Origin: an uncultured Rickettsiales bacterium
Lineage (GTDB): Bacteria; Pseudomonadota; Alphaproteobacteria; Rickettsiales; UBA1997
Assembly: GCA_944391075.1 (NCBI GenBank)
Contig: CALXSG010000004.1
Span: 10,445 to 74,444 of the forward strand
Direction: 5' to 3'
Length of the DNA: 64,000 nucleotides
Shown here: one piece after another, positions 36,204-45,904 of the stretch
Layout of the letters: the number at the start of each line of letters is the position of its first letter
How positions within the stretch are numbered: the stretch's first letter is position 1
Program-made: the position numbers and the translations under genes
Notes under the pieces: generated by a model
The model's database searches: none
Seen by the model: only the letters and a program-made list of their open reading frames with translations
Told to the model about the DNA's origin: nothing

Positions 36204-36665
36204 TTATATACCCCATATATTTTTAGATTCTAACCAACCTATCTTATTATTAACCTCAACTTTGCACCAATCTTTTTCGCATTTGTCTAATTTTGCAACA
36301 ACATTTTCTTCTAATCTAAAAATAGGATTTGATTCTAAATCATCCTTTTTATACAATATTTGTGTACCATTCTTTACAATAATATATCTTGCTTTCATAG
36401 TTAAATTTTTGCTAACCCAACCTTCATCATTATCTTTATCAACAACTTTATACCAACCTTCATATTCTCCTAAAACTTTAAGTGGCATTGCTTTTATTTT
36501 ATATACATATTTTATTGGATATTCATTTCCTGGTCCAACTCTTAAATTTACCTTATTAGATCTTAATGATACAAATAAATTATTATCGTTAGCAACATTT
36601 TCACTAGCTAATAAATAATGACAGTTAAAAAATATTAAAAATAAAAAAATATAAATTTTAAACAT
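36204..36665 (-). CDS. Secreted bacterial SH3-domain protein
   Basis: Signal peptide, then two SH3-like repeats (VNLRVGPGNEYPIKYVY...GWYKV...GWV and ...DWCKVEVNNKIGWLESKNIWG). Confidence 0.6.
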   Translation of the reverse strand: MFKIYIFLFLIFFNCHYLLASENVANDNNLFVSLRSNKVNLRVGPGNEYPIKYVYKIKAMPLKVLGEYEGWYKVVDKDNDEGWVSKNLTMKARYIIVKNGTQILYKKDDLESNPIFRLEENVVAKLDKCEKDWCKVEVNNKIGWLESKNIWGI

Positions 36666-36679
36666 ATAAAAAATATTTA

Positions 36680-37414
36680 TTATTCTAATAGATATTCAAC
36701 ACTAATACAACCAAGATTTTTTTTCATAGCTGTAGAATAATCTACAAGATCACTATTATTACTATAAGTAGTACTACAACCTCCAATAATTTTTCCTTTA
36801 TTATAAATTCCATCATCGAGTTTTTTATCTATATTATACATCACCTCTGATGGAATAGTATAACTCCTTCTCTTACCGGCCTCGGTTTTATAATGACATG
36901 TAATTCTATTATGTTGATTTATTAAAGCAGTTGCTCCACCATATTGATAATGACATTGAAATTGTTCAAAAGCTTTACTAACAGGAGCTCCACCATTATT
37001 CCAATCTAATTTCTCACCAGATGGTTTATTTTTTTTAGGTTCAAAATCTAAATAACCCGTTTGAAATAATTCAACAAAAGGGCCTACCCTATCTGTTGGA
37101 ACACCATATTCCGTATTTGAAGATGTATATGGATTACCAAAACTTCCATTATCATAAATTTGTCCAGAGTGTAAACCAATTTTTCCATTTCTATTTTTAT
37201 CACCTGGCCATCTCTTTTTATTTGATTTAAAATTTTGCGTCGCTGTTGTATAAGTTCTTAATTCATCAATAAAAACCAACATTCTTCCATTCTTTATCAT
37301 GGAAATACCGCCAACTATCACCGATACTAAAAGAGATATAACAACTAAAACTATAACTGCTTCTACCATTGTAAAAGCTGATTCTTTCTTAATTTGTTGT
37401 AAACTTTTATACAT
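36680..37414 (-). CDS. Type IV pilin-like protein, paralogue 4 (short leader, no poly-G tract)
   Basis: MYKSLQQIKKESA/FTMVEAVIVLVVISLL prepilin signal with Glu at +5. The C-terminal region is homologous to paralogue 3 (YGVPTDRVGPFVELF, LDDGIYNKGKI, Cys...Cys loop GGCSTTY...LGC). Confidence 0.8.
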   Translation of the reverse strand: MYKSLQQIKKESAFTMVEAVIVLVVISLLVSVIVGGISMIKNGRMLVFIDELRTYTTATQNFKSNKKRWPGDKNRNGKIGLHSGQIYDNGSFGNPYTSSNTEYGVPTDRVGPFVELFQTGYLDFEPKKNKPSGEKLDWNNGGAPVSKAFEQFQCHYQYGGATALINQHNRITCHYKTEAGKRRSYTIPSEVMYNIDKKLDDGIYNKGKIIGGCSTTYSNNSDLVDYSTAMKKNLGCISVEYLLE

Positions 37415-37494
37415 AACTTAAAAAATATATAAACTACTTATAAATATATTTCAAAATGAATAAATGTCAATAAATAAAATTTTACTAACAATTA

Positions 37495-37962
37495 TTAAAT
37501 ACTAAAATCTAAATATGATTTATCAACAATAGAATCAATATTATTCTTGATTTGATGCGGTTTATTTACATATAAAAATTTAACTTTCGATGTTCCTGTT
37601 CCTGAAAAACAAATATTACCATAATCAAATATACGTCCAATTAAACTTTGCTTCATCTCAATAGCTTCAATTTTCTTATTCTTCAATTCTTCTGTCTTTA
37701 TACTAATAATTCCAACTTTACATATAATTCTTTTATTTGTAACAACCATTTCAGTCGTTTTTATAAGTAAAAAATAATACAAGGCAAGTAATATTGTAAT
37801 AAAACCAAATAATAATATTGATATATCATATATTAAACTAAATATTACAAAAACAAAAGCTACAAATGCAATTGTAAAAGCTTTAATATAGGCAAACCAA
37901 TGTAATTCCGCAACAACTTCTATTTTTTCATCATTAGCTAATGTTTGTTCAATATAAGACAT
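37495..37962 (-). CDS. Membrane-anchored bacterial PH-domain (bPH_2/YdbT-like) protein
   Basis: 155 aa. Two TM helices followed by a small beta-rich domain (MVVTNKRIICKVGIISIKTEEL), typical of this family. Confidence 0.55.
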   Translation of the reverse strand: MSYIEQTLANDEKIEVVAELHWFAYIKAFTIAFVAFVFVIFSLIYDISILLFGFITILLALYYFLLIKTTEMVVTNKRIICKVGIISIKTEELKNKKIEAIEMKQSLIGRIFDYGNICFSGTGTSKVKFLYVNKPHQIKNNIDSIVDKSYLDFSI

Positions 37963-38029
37963 ATTTTATTTATTTGTTTTTTTAAAACTTAATACTATTG
38001 GTTATTTAGTCAAGGAAAATAATTATTAT

Positions 38030-38059
38030 GATAGTATTAACCATTAAATTAATACTATC
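38030..38059 (-). terminator. Rho-independent terminator after the P-type ATPase
   Basis: gatagtattaa (38030-38040) pairs with ttaatactatc (38049-38059). 11-bp stem. Confidence 0.6.
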
Positions 38060-38073
38060 AATATATAATTTCA

Positions 38074-40752
38074 TTATTTAGTTTTTTTTCTTAAAAAATA
38101 TTTAGCTACTTCGCTTATTATGATTACTAATAAAGCATAAGCAAATATTTTTAGCCACATAATTAAAGGAAGTGGAACTGTCCTAAATATTATGCCGAAA
38201 AATTGACTAACTATTAATTGTACAGCAAGTGTAATTGCAAATACAATAATCATGCTTTTATTTAAAAGTAAGTTTTTAAATATACTTTGATTATCAATTT
38301 CACGACAGTTGAATGCATTTAATAATTGCATAATCACAAATAAATTAAATAATATTGTTTTTTGTTGTTCTGGTGTACCACCTAAAACATTAAATATCAT
38401 TTGTGAAAATAATATTAATGATATTAAAACACCCATTGATGAAATTTTTAACCATAAAGATTTTGTAATTATACTTACTTTTCTATTAATTGGTTTTTGA
38501 TGCATTAGATTATTTCTAACTGGTTCTAAACCTAATGTTAATGCTGGTGGGCCATCCATTATAATATTAATCCATAATAATTGCAATGCTGTAAATGGTG
38601 CTGGATAACCTAATAAAACAGAAACAAATACAATTAAAACAGCAGAAACATTTACTGTTAATTGAAATGTAATAAATCTTTGAAAGTTTTGATAAATATT
38701 TCTTCCCCATTTAATTGCTTTTGCTATTGTAGCAAATGAATCATCAAGTAAAACTATGTCAGCAGCTTCTCTTGAAACTTCTGTACCGGCAATACCCATA
38801 GCAATACCAACATCAGCATTTTTAATTGCTGGTGCATCATTTACACCATCACCTGTAACAGCAATAGTATTTCCTCTTTCTCTTAGCATTTTTACAACTC
38901 TTAATTTTGTAGTTGGTGTACTTCTTGCAATTACAACAATATTATCAATACAACTTGCTAATTTTTCATCATCCATTTCTTCAATTTCTTTTGCTGTCAA
39001 AACTAATGATTCAGAAGTTAAAATATTTAATTCATTAGCAATAGCTCTTGCGGTAACAACATGATCACCTGTCAAAATTTTTAAATTAATACCAGCCATT
39101 CTACAATTTCTTACAGCATCTAAAACTTCTGGCCTTAATGGATCATAAATAATTACAAAACCATCAAAAACCATATCACTTTCCATTTTTGCATGATTTT
39201 CTGGTTTTTCTAAATCTTCAATATCATCCTTCAAAATTTTATGTGCAAAGCCAATAACTCTCATAGCTTTTTCTTGCGATTTGAATATTTCTAATTCAAT
39301 ATTATATTTGTCATCATTATCAAGTTTACACATTGAAATAATTTTTTCAGGACTTCCTTTTACATAAGCAACTGTTTCTTTATCATTTCTTACAACAGTT
39401 GTCATATGTTTTTCTTCGGAAGAAAATGGAAATACTTTTATATATTCAACTTCTTTCTTTTTATCTTTATAAGATTTTTTAGATGTTCTAATTGGACAAG
39501 AACATTGATAAAAAGCTAGCATAGCAGATTCAGTAGGATTACCTAAAAATTTTACATCATCTCCATCAATATCTATATCAGCAGAAGAATTTACACAAAT
39601 ATTTGTAGTTAAATAATGTGAAATATCTTCTTCCATTTCTTGATGCCAACCTTTATCATCGTAGTAGCCCATAACTTTCATTTTATTTTGTGTTAAAGTA
39701 CCAGTTTTGTCAGAACAAATAATATTTACGGCCCCTATTGTTTCGCAAGCTACCATCTTTTTTACTAATGCATTTTCTTTTGCCATTTTTATAACATTTA
39801 AAGCTAATGATATAGCAACTATTGTGGATAGCCCTTCTGGGACAGCTGCAACAATTAAAGCTATACTTGTAATAAAAATTTCACCAATAGATTCACTATC
39901 ACCAATACCATAAAATTTTTGAATAATTTGAGCTATAAAAATTAAAATTGCAGCTCCTATTGCAAAAATACTTATATGTTGTCCTAATTTATCAAGTTTT
40001 TCTTGTAATGGTGTTGTTTGTTTTCCAGAATGTTTTAATTCATGTGCTATTTTTCCTAATTCAGTATGATCACCAACAGCAACAACTATTGCTTCACAAG
40101 AACCTGTTGTAATATAACAACCAGCATACAACATATTAACTCTTTCAGCAAGTGGAGTATCTTCATTATCTAAAATTACATTTCCAACTTTATGAATTGG
40201 TAAACTTTCACCAGTTAAAGATGCTTCGTCAGAAGTTAATTGATTAGCAGAAATAATATAACAATCAGCTGGTATTTTATCGCCTGTTTCTAATGTAACA
40301 ATATCACCTACAACTAAATCACTTTGAGAAACTATTTGAGGAACACCATTTCTCTTAACTTTTACAGCAATATTACTTTGAATTTTTTGCAATGCTTGAA
40401 AAGCCTTTTCTGAGTGCCCTTCCATAATAATGGTAATAGCAGCAGATAAAAATATTGCAACTAAAATACCAGTACATTCAACAAAATCAGTTTCTGCCCC
40501 TGTAAATAATCTATAAAGATTAATTCCTATTGTGATCAAAGCGGCAACAATAAGAATAATTGTCATAGGTTCACATAATGCTTCTAAAACTTTTTCTAAA
40601 AAGCTTTTTCCTTTTGCAACGGTTAAATTATTAGAACCATATTTTTCTTTATTTAATTCAACCATTTCATCAGTAAGTCCTATTTCTAAATTACTATTTA
40701 ATTTTTTAGCAATATCATTTGCTTCCATCATATAAAATTTTGAATTTTCCAT
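38074..40752 (-). CDS. P2-type cation-transporting ATPase (Ca2+/Mn2+ type)
   Basis: 892 aa. Phosphorylation site CSDKTGTLT, TM4 VPEGL, hinge TGDGVNDAPA, N-terminal cation-ATPase domain. Confidence 0.9.
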   Translation of the reverse strand: MENSKFYMMEANDIAKKLNSNLEIGLTDEMVELNKEKYGSNNLTVAKGKSFLEKVLEALCEPMTIILIVAALITIGINLYRLFTGAETDFVECTGILVAIFLSAAITIIMEGHSEKAFQALQKIQSNIAVKVKRNGVPQIVSQSDLVVGDIVTLETGDKIPADCYIISANQLTSDEASLTGESLPIHKVGNVILDNEDTPLAERVNMLYAGCYITTGSCEAIVVAVGDHTELGKIAHELKHSGKQTTPLQEKLDKLGQHISIFAIGAAILIFIAQIIQKFYGIGDSESIGEIFITSIALIVAAVPEGLSTIVAISLALNVIKMAKENALVKKMVACETIGAVNIICSDKTGTLTQNKMKVMGYYDDKGWHQEMEEDISHYLTTNICVNSSADIDIDGDDVKFLGNPTESAMLAFYQCSCPIRTSKKSYKDKKKEVEYIKVFPFSSEEKHMTTVVRNDKETVAYVKGSPEKIISMCKLDNDDKYNIELEIFKSQEKAMRVIGFAHKILKDDIEDLEKPENHAKMESDMVFDGFVIIYDPLRPEVLDAVRNCRMAGINLKILTGDHVVTARAIANELNILTSESLVLTAKEIEEMDDEKLASCIDNIVVIARSTPTTKLRVVKMLRERGNTIAVTGDGVNDAPAIKNADVGIAMGIAGTEVSREAADIVLLDDSFATIAKAIKWGRNIYQNFQRFITFQLTVNVSAVLIVFVSVLLGYPAPFTALQLLWINIIMDGPPALTLGLEPVRNNLMHQKPINRKVSIITKSLWLKISSMGVLISLILFSQMIFNVLGGTPEQQKTILFNLFVIMQLLNAFNCREIDNQSIFKNLLLNKSMIIVFAITLAVQLIVSQFFGIIFRTVPLPLIMWLKIFAYALLVIIISEVAKYFLRKKTK

Positions 40753-40817
40753 TTCTTTCCTTATTTGTTAACAACACAAACCTTTAAACTTTATAATAAA
40801 ATATAAAGCATCTAAAA

Positions 40818-40912
40818 AAGATTCTCGTTGCTAGTATGATACCAGCCGTATAGCCAGATATAGATTTTATATCGAGTTGTTGACTTAATACGATTAAACT
40901 ACTCCATCTCCA
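40818..40912 (-). promoter_or_regulatory. Candidate yybP-ykoY (Mn2+) riboswitch in the ATPase 5' leader
   Basis: Minus-sense RNA: CUAUGGAGAUGGAGUAGUUUAAUCGUAUUAAGUCAACAACUCGAUAUAAAAUCUAUAUCUGGCUAUACGGCUGGUAUCAUACUAGCAACGAGAAUCU. It contains the GGAGUAG box and a 3' UAGCAA(C)GA box. These resemble the two conserved loops of the L. lactis yybP-ykoY element (..GGGGAGUAG.. and ..UUUAGCAAGAC..). A closing helix GAGAU/AUCUU brackets them and there are internal hairpins. It starts right at the predicted TSS. Confidence 0.45.
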
Positions 40913-40917
40913 TAGAG

Positions 40918-40945
40918 ATTGTAAAAATATTTTTTTAATAGTCAA
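40918..40945 (-). promoter_or_regulatory. Sigma70-like promoter for the riboswitch/ATPase transcript
   Basis: Minus sense: TTGACT (40945-40940), 16 nt spacer, TACAAT (40923-40918). Confidence 0.4.
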
Positions 40946-41030
40946 GAATAATTATAAAATTGATAAATAGATATTATTAATATAAAATAATTTTTACATT
41001 ATTATTATAAATTTGATAATATATATACTA

Positions 41031-41058
41031 AATAAGTCCACATAAAAGTGGACTTATT
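41031..41058 (-). terminator. Rho-independent terminator after rplY
   Basis: aataagtccac (41031-41041) pairs with gtggacttatt (41048-41058). 11-bp perfect stem, 6-nt loop. Confidence 0.7.
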
Positions 41059-41080
41059 AGATAGTAATAATTTAATAAAA

Positions 41081-41743
41081 TTATTTTTTTGCTTCTGTTG
41101 TAGCTGCTGCATCAGTTGTAGCTGTTGCAGTTGCATCAGTTGTAGCTGCTGCTTGTTGTACAGTGTCATCTGTTGATTTTCCTCTACCTGTAACAGTAAC
41201 TACATTAAAGTTTGTTTTATCAACAACTTTTACATTATCAGGTAATTTTACATCATTGATTTTAATTTTACTACCAATGTGCATTGAATCAACATAAACA
41301 TCTATTGAAGCTGGAATATTCATTGGGTCAACATAAAGTTGAATCTTTCTTTTTAAAATATTTAAGAAACCACCTCTTTTTAAACCAGGAGCTTTTTCTT
41401 TACCAATAAAGTTTACAGGAACATAAACTTTAACTTCTTTTTTATCTTTAATATTAATAAAATCTACATGTCTTGGCAAATCTGTAAGTGGATCAATATC
41501 AATTTGATATGTTAAAACTTGATATTTTTTACCATCAACTGTTAATTCAATAGGCTTTATTTCAATATTTCCTTTTAAATATTCTTTATCAAAATCTTTT
41601 TTTGCAATAGAAATATATAAGTTATCACTGCCATTTGTGCCATAAATAACAGCAGGTGTATAACCTTCTTTTCTTAATCTATTAGTATTACTAGAACCTA
41701 AATCTTTTCTAATGCTACCATTTAAAGTTAAAAATTCAACCAT
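41081..41743 (-). CDS. rplY: 50S ribosomal protein L25 (long Ctc form)
   Basis: 220 aa. NRLRKEGYTPAVIYG N-terminus. T/A-rich low-complexity tail (AAATTDATATATTDAAATTEAKK). Confidence 0.88.
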   Translation of the reverse strand: MVEFLTLNGSIRKDLGSSNTNRLRKEGYTPAVIYGTNGSDNLYISIAKKDFDKEYLKGNIEIKPIELTVDGKKYQVLTYQIDIDPLTDLPRHVDFINIKDKKEVKVYVPVNFIGKEKAPGLKRGGFLNILKRKIQLYVDPMNIPASIDVYVDSMHIGSKIKINDVKLPDNVKVVDKTNFNVVTVTGRGKSTDDTVQQAAATTDATATATTDAAATTEAKK

Positions 41744-41810
41744 TTTACTCTCACATTTTTTTTAATAAAATAATAAATATACTAATTAAATACAATTAGT
41801 ATTAGCTGTT

Positions 41811-42362
41811 TTATTTTTCTTCTTTTTCAGTATTTTTCTTTACTTCTTCAATAATTTGATTAAATAAAGATTGACTGCAAAGACCTAATAAAACAGGATC
41901 TCTAGGTGTTATCTCTTTAATATTCCAATGAGTTCTATTCCTAATAGAATCAATCATTGTAGTTGTGGTACCAATTAATTTTCTAATTTGTGCGTCAGTA
42001 ATATCAGGATAATATTTTAAAAGATAAGCGATACCATTTGGTTTATCACTTCTTCTTGCAATTGGTGTATATTTTCCTTTCTTTTTACTGGTTACTTCAA
42101 CTGTTTCTGAAATTTGTTCTTTTAATTCTAATTGTTTATTAGGATCTTTCTCACAAGCTTCAATCATTTCTCTTGTTAATTGGCCATTATCAATAGGACT
42201 TTGTCCAATAATACCACCAGCAACATCACCATCAGCAATACCTTGCACTTCAAGTTCATGCATACCACAAAAATTAGCAATCTGCTCAAAAGTTAATGAT
42301 GTATTATCAACTAACCATACAGCAGCTGCTTTTCTCATTAAAGGTAATTTACTTCCACTCAT
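41811..42362 (-). CDS. DUF1013-family protein (conserved alphaproteobacterial protein)
   Basis: PLMRKAAAVWLVDNTSLTFEQIANFCGMHELEVQGIADGDVAGGI...GQLTREMIE matches my recollection of the DUF1013 consensus (PLMPKATAVWLV.NT.LTF.QIA.FCG.H.LEV..IADGEVA). Confidence 0.65.
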   Translation of the reverse strand: MSGSKLPLMRKAAAVWLVDNTSLTFEQIANFCGMHELEVQGIADGDVAGGIIGQSPIDNGQLTREMIEACEKDPNKQLELKEQISETVEVTSKKKGKYTPIARRSDKPNGIAYLLKYYPDITDAQIRKLIGTTTTMIDSIRNRTHWNIKEITPRDPVLLGLCSQSLFNQIIEEVKKNTEKEEK

Positions 42363-42492
42363 ACTCTCTCTTTTATATAATTCAATAACTTATTAAAAGC
42401 TAATAGCTAATAATATTTAAGTCAACAAAAATTAAAACTTTTTCAACTAATTTAATTTATATAATACTTTTTAAAATATGCAACAAATAAAT

Positions 42493-43959
42493 CTAAATAG
42501 CTAAATTAAAATCACATTCAAAATCATTAAATACTGAGAAATAATCAATCATTAATGAAATGATATTATAATAGCTATTAACCAATGCAACTTCTGACTC
42601 AAATAAAGAATCTTCATCTTGTATTAATTCACTCAAAGCAATTCTACCTTGATTATATTTTGTTCTCATACTTTCAACTCTAATTGTCAAGTTGTCTCTA
42701 TAAGCCTTTTGATCTTCCATAACATTGATTAAGTTTTGCATTGATATCGCAAAATAATTATGGAAAGAAACTAAATTTGACATAATCTCTTTCTTTTCAG
42801 CATTGTGTTGCATTTTTAATATTTTCATTTGATTTTCTTTTGTATCACTATAAGCACTACCAAAAGGAACAGAAATATTTAAACCAATGCTATAATCTTT
42901 TTGTTCAGCATTACTCATATCATCAAAAGAATCACTGTTTTCTTTTCCATAACCTAATGATGCGGCACTTGCTTCCAATTTTACATCAGCATCAGAATAT
43001 CTTTCTAAGGCTTTTAAATTTGCATTAATTTTTTCATCTTTGTAATTAATAATCTTAGTATAAGATGTTAAATTTAAAGGTGTTTCTTTTTGATTTTTAA
43101 TTTTCTTATAACAAGCCTTTATACTATTTTCAACACCATCAAAGGTACCAAAATCAAATTCTAATTTTTTACCATTCAATTCTGGAATTAAATTAGATAA
43201 TTCCCTCTTTATATTTTCCATACTATATTTTAAAGAAGAAAGATTAGCCTTTCTAGTATTAACAACAGCCGCTGCCCTAGCGAGATCACCTCTATCAGCA
43301 ACAGAAGCTTTATACATCTTTCTAACATTATCTTCTTGTAAAATAGCTTGTTTAATCAATCTATCATAAATCTTTGTAAGTGTATTATCAATACTTAATT
43401 TCCAATACATTTTTCTAATTTCATTATAGAATTTTGTGGTTTCAAGTTTAGCTTGTTCTTTTGTCTCTTCTTGATTAAATTTTAGTCCTAATTTTTCAGC
43501 TCTTTCTGTATAACCTAATAAGTTTTTCCATAAATCAACAGTTAATTTAGCTTCTAAACTAGAATCATATTGAGAATTTATATTTTCCCCTGGTTGATAA
43601 TTATATGTTTTTGCAAAATTATTATAAATTCCAACATTAAGATTCATACCAACAGGTAGGTTTTGATTTACACTTAAACCATAATTTCTAGCTGGATCAT
43701 CAAATTGTCCTTGATAACCATTAAATACATCACCGCTTACACCATTGTAATTTGCTTGACCATTTACAGTTGTACTATATTTTTGATTATATTGTGTTAA
43801 ATCTAAATCGGATTGAACAACCATTGCATTAATCTTCTCAATAGAAGGAACGTTGTTTGTCATTAACTCTTTTAATTTTTGTTCATTAATGACTACTTTT
43901 TCCTGTGCTAAAACAAATGCAGGACTTAACAAAATTGCCGCTAATATTTTTTTATTCAT
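42493..43959 (-). CDS. TolC-family outer-membrane channel protein
   Basis: Signal peptide MNKKILAAILLSPAFVLAQ (start moved to ATG 43959). Two-repeat coiled-coil/beta layout, ~490 aa. Confidence 0.65.
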   Translation of the reverse strand: MNKKILAAILLSPAFVLAQEKVVINEQKLKELMTNNVPSIEKINAMVVQSDLDLTQYNQKYSTTVNGQANYNGVSGDVFNGYQGQFDDPARNYGLSVNQNLPVGMNLNVGIYNNFAKTYNYQPGENINSQYDSSLEAKLTVDLWKNLLGYTERAEKLGLKFNQEETKEQAKLETTKFYNEIRKMYWKLSIDNTLTKIYDRLIKQAILQEDNVRKMYKASVADRGDLARAAAVVNTRKANLSSLKYSMENIKRELSNLIPELNGKKLEFDFGTFDGVENSIKACYKKIKNQKETPLNLTSYTKIINYKDEKINANLKALERYSDADVKLEASAASLGYGKENSDSFDDMSNAEQKDYSIGLNISVPFGSAYSDTKENQMKILKMQHNAEKKEIMSNLVSFHNYFAISMQNLINVMEDQKAYRDNLTIRVESMRTKYNQGRIALSELIQDEDSLFESEVALVNSYYNIISLMIDYFSVFNDFECDFNLAI

Positions 43960-44075
43960 TTCCATTAAAAAAGTTTTTACTAACAAATAACATTATAGAA
44001 TTGATTATTTAATAAAATCAAGTTTTTATTTTATAAATAAAATTTTAAATCAACTATTAAAATTTAAAGGATAAC

Positions 44076-44096
44076 GGGAAAAATAAAATTTTTCCC
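44076..44096 (-). terminator. Hairpin after pyrH
   Basis: gggaaaaat (44076-44084) pairs with atttttccc (44088-44096). Confidence 0.55.
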
Positions 44097-44103
44097 ATTG
44101 TAT

Positions 44104-44817
44104 TTAGTCATTGCTTATTATAGTATATTTTCCTTCGCCTTTAATGGCATTTAAGAAAGCATCTTGTTCGGAAATTTTGAATACTAAAATTGGCATATTG
44201 TTATCTCTTGCCAATGTTAAAGCTGTTGGATCCATAACTCTTAAATCTCTTTTAATTGCTTCATCAAATGAAATTTTATCAAATCTAACTGCATCAGGGT
44301 ATTTTTTTGGATCTTTATCATAAACACCATCAACTTGTGTGCCTTTTAAAATAACATCACATCTCATTTCGGTTGCTCTTAAAACAGAAGCTGTATCAGT
44401 AGTAAAATATGGATTACCTGTACCGGCAACAAAAATATTAATTCGTCCTTTTTCTAAATGACTTAAAGCTCTTCTTAAAGTATAGGTTTCACAAACACCA
44501 GTCATATCAAGTGCTGACATCATTCTAGCTTCTACACCGTATTTCTCAATACCAGCTTGTAAAGCAATACCATTCATAACAGTTGCTAACATACCCATAT
44601 AATCGGCACTAGCTCTGTCCATTATTTCACTAGTAGCAGAAACACCCCTAAAAATATTCCCACCACCAACTACAACAGAAATTTCAGCACCAGCTTTGTG
44701 TATACTAACAATTTCTTCACAAGTCTTTTTAATAGCATTCATATCATGTCCAAATGGTTTATCACCCATTAATGATTCACCTGATACTTTAAACAAAACT
44801 CTTTTATATTTTAACAT
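44104..44817 (-). CDS. pyrH: UMP kinase
   Basis: YKRVLFKVSGESLMG and VVGGGNIFRG motifs. Lies downstream of tsf. Confidence 0.93.
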   Translation of the reverse strand: MLKYKRVLFKVSGESLMGDKPFGHDMNAIKKTCEEIVSIHKAGAEISVVVGGGNIFRGVSATSEIMDRASADYMGMLATVMNGIALQAGIEKYGVEARMMSALDMTGVCETYTLRRALSHLEKGRINIFVAGTGNPYFTTDTASVLRATEMRCDVILKGTQVDGVYDKDPKKYPDAVRFDKISFDEAIKRDLRVMDPTALTLARDNNMPILVFKISEQDAFLNAIKGEGKYTIISND

Positions 44818-44842
44818 TTTGCCCCTTTTTTTAATTATTAAA

Positions 44843-44868
44843 AAAGAAGTAGTTTTAACTACTTCTTT
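44843..44868 (-). terminator. Palindromic hairpin between tsf and pyrH
   Basis: aaagaagtagtt (44843-44854) pairs with aactacttcttt (44857-44868), flanked by A/T runs on both sides. Confidence 0.55.
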
Positions 44869-44874
44869 AAAAAA

Positions 44875-45813
44875 TTAAGCTTTATTAACCATTGACGCAA
44901 CTTCGTCTGCGAAATCGGCTGTTTGCTTTTCTATACCTTCACCTAAAACGAAGAATACATATTCTTGAATTTCAACTTTCTTTCCTGTTTCTTTTTCAAA
45001 ATCTTTTAAAAGATCAGAAATCTTTTTGTTGCCATCCATAATGTATGCTTGATTTAAAAGTACATTTTCTTCATAATACTTTTTAACTCTACCTTCAACC
45101 ATTTTTTCAACAATATTATCTGGTTTACCTGACTTCTTAGCTAATTCTCTTGCGATTTCTTTTTCAGAATCAATTTTAGTAGCAGGAACATCAGCTTCTG
45201 TTAAAAATTCAGGTTTTGTAGCAGCAATATGCATTGCAATACCTTTTCCTAATTCTTCTAATTTATCTTGTGAAGCATCGGATTTTAAAGCAACTAATAC
45301 ACCAATTTTTCCAAGTCCAGGAGCTATTGCTGTGTGAACATAAGAAACAATTAAACCATTATCAACAGTAATCGTTTTTCCTCTTCTAATTTGTAAATTT
45401 TCACCAATTGTAGCAACAGCATTAGCAACTATATCAGAAACAACTTCATTACATTTTTCACATTTTGAAGATTTTAATGTTTCTGCAAACTTATATGTAT
45501 CATCTTCTTTAATATTTAAAGAAATTTTTAATAAGTTCTTAACTAAATCTTGGAATTTTTCGTTTCTAGCAACAAAATCTGTTTCTGAGTTTACTTCAAG
45601 TATTGTTGCTTTTTTGCCATCATTTTCAATACCAACAACACCTTCTGCTGTAACTCTAGAACTTTTTTTAGCTGCGGATGATAAACCTTTTTTTCTTAAC
45701 CATTCAACAGCCTTTTCGTAGTCATCATTATTTTCTTTTAAAGCTTTATTACAGTCAGCCATACCACAGCCTGTATTTTCTCTAAGCTTTTTAATTAAAT
45801 CTGCATTTGCCAT
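44875..45813 (-). CDS. tsf: Elongation factor Ts
   Basis: IKKLRENTGCGMADCNKALKENNDDYEKAVEWLRKKG UBA-like N-terminus. 312 aa. Confidence 0.95.
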   Translation of the reverse strand: MANADLIKKLRENTGCGMADCNKALKENNDDYEKAVEWLRKKGLSSAAKKSSRVTAEGVVGIENDGKKATILEVNSETDFVARNEKFQDLVKNLLKISLNIKEDDTYKFAETLKSSKCEKCNEVVSDIVANAVATIGENLQIRRGKTITVDNGLIVSYVHTAIAPGLGKIGVLVALKSDASQDKLEELGKGIAMHIAATKPEFLTEADVPATKIDSEKEIARELAKKSGKPDNIVEKMVEGRVKKYYEENVLLNQAYIMDGNKKISDLLKDFEKETGKKVEIQEYVFFVLGEGIEKQTADFADEVASMVNKA

Positions 45814-45870
45814 TTTTATCCTTTTTTTTGTTTTGTATTAATATAAATATTATATGTTTGTTAATTGTTG

Positions 45871-45894
45871 AAGGAAATAAGTACTTATTTCCTT
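45871..45894 (-). terminator. Perfect 24-nt palindrome between rpsB and tsf (intra-operon attenuator or processing hairpin)
   Basis: aaggaaataagtacttatttcctt is self-complementary. Confidence 0.5.
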
Positions 45895-45904
45895 CTTTTA
45901 ATTA

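Noticed and set aside
36058-36618. 186-aa plus-strand ORF spanning the trmB/SH3-protein junction
   Set aside because: It is entirely antisense to two well-supported minus-strand genes. It has a low-complexity L/S/F-rich translation typical of a shadow frame in AT-rich DNA, and no motif.
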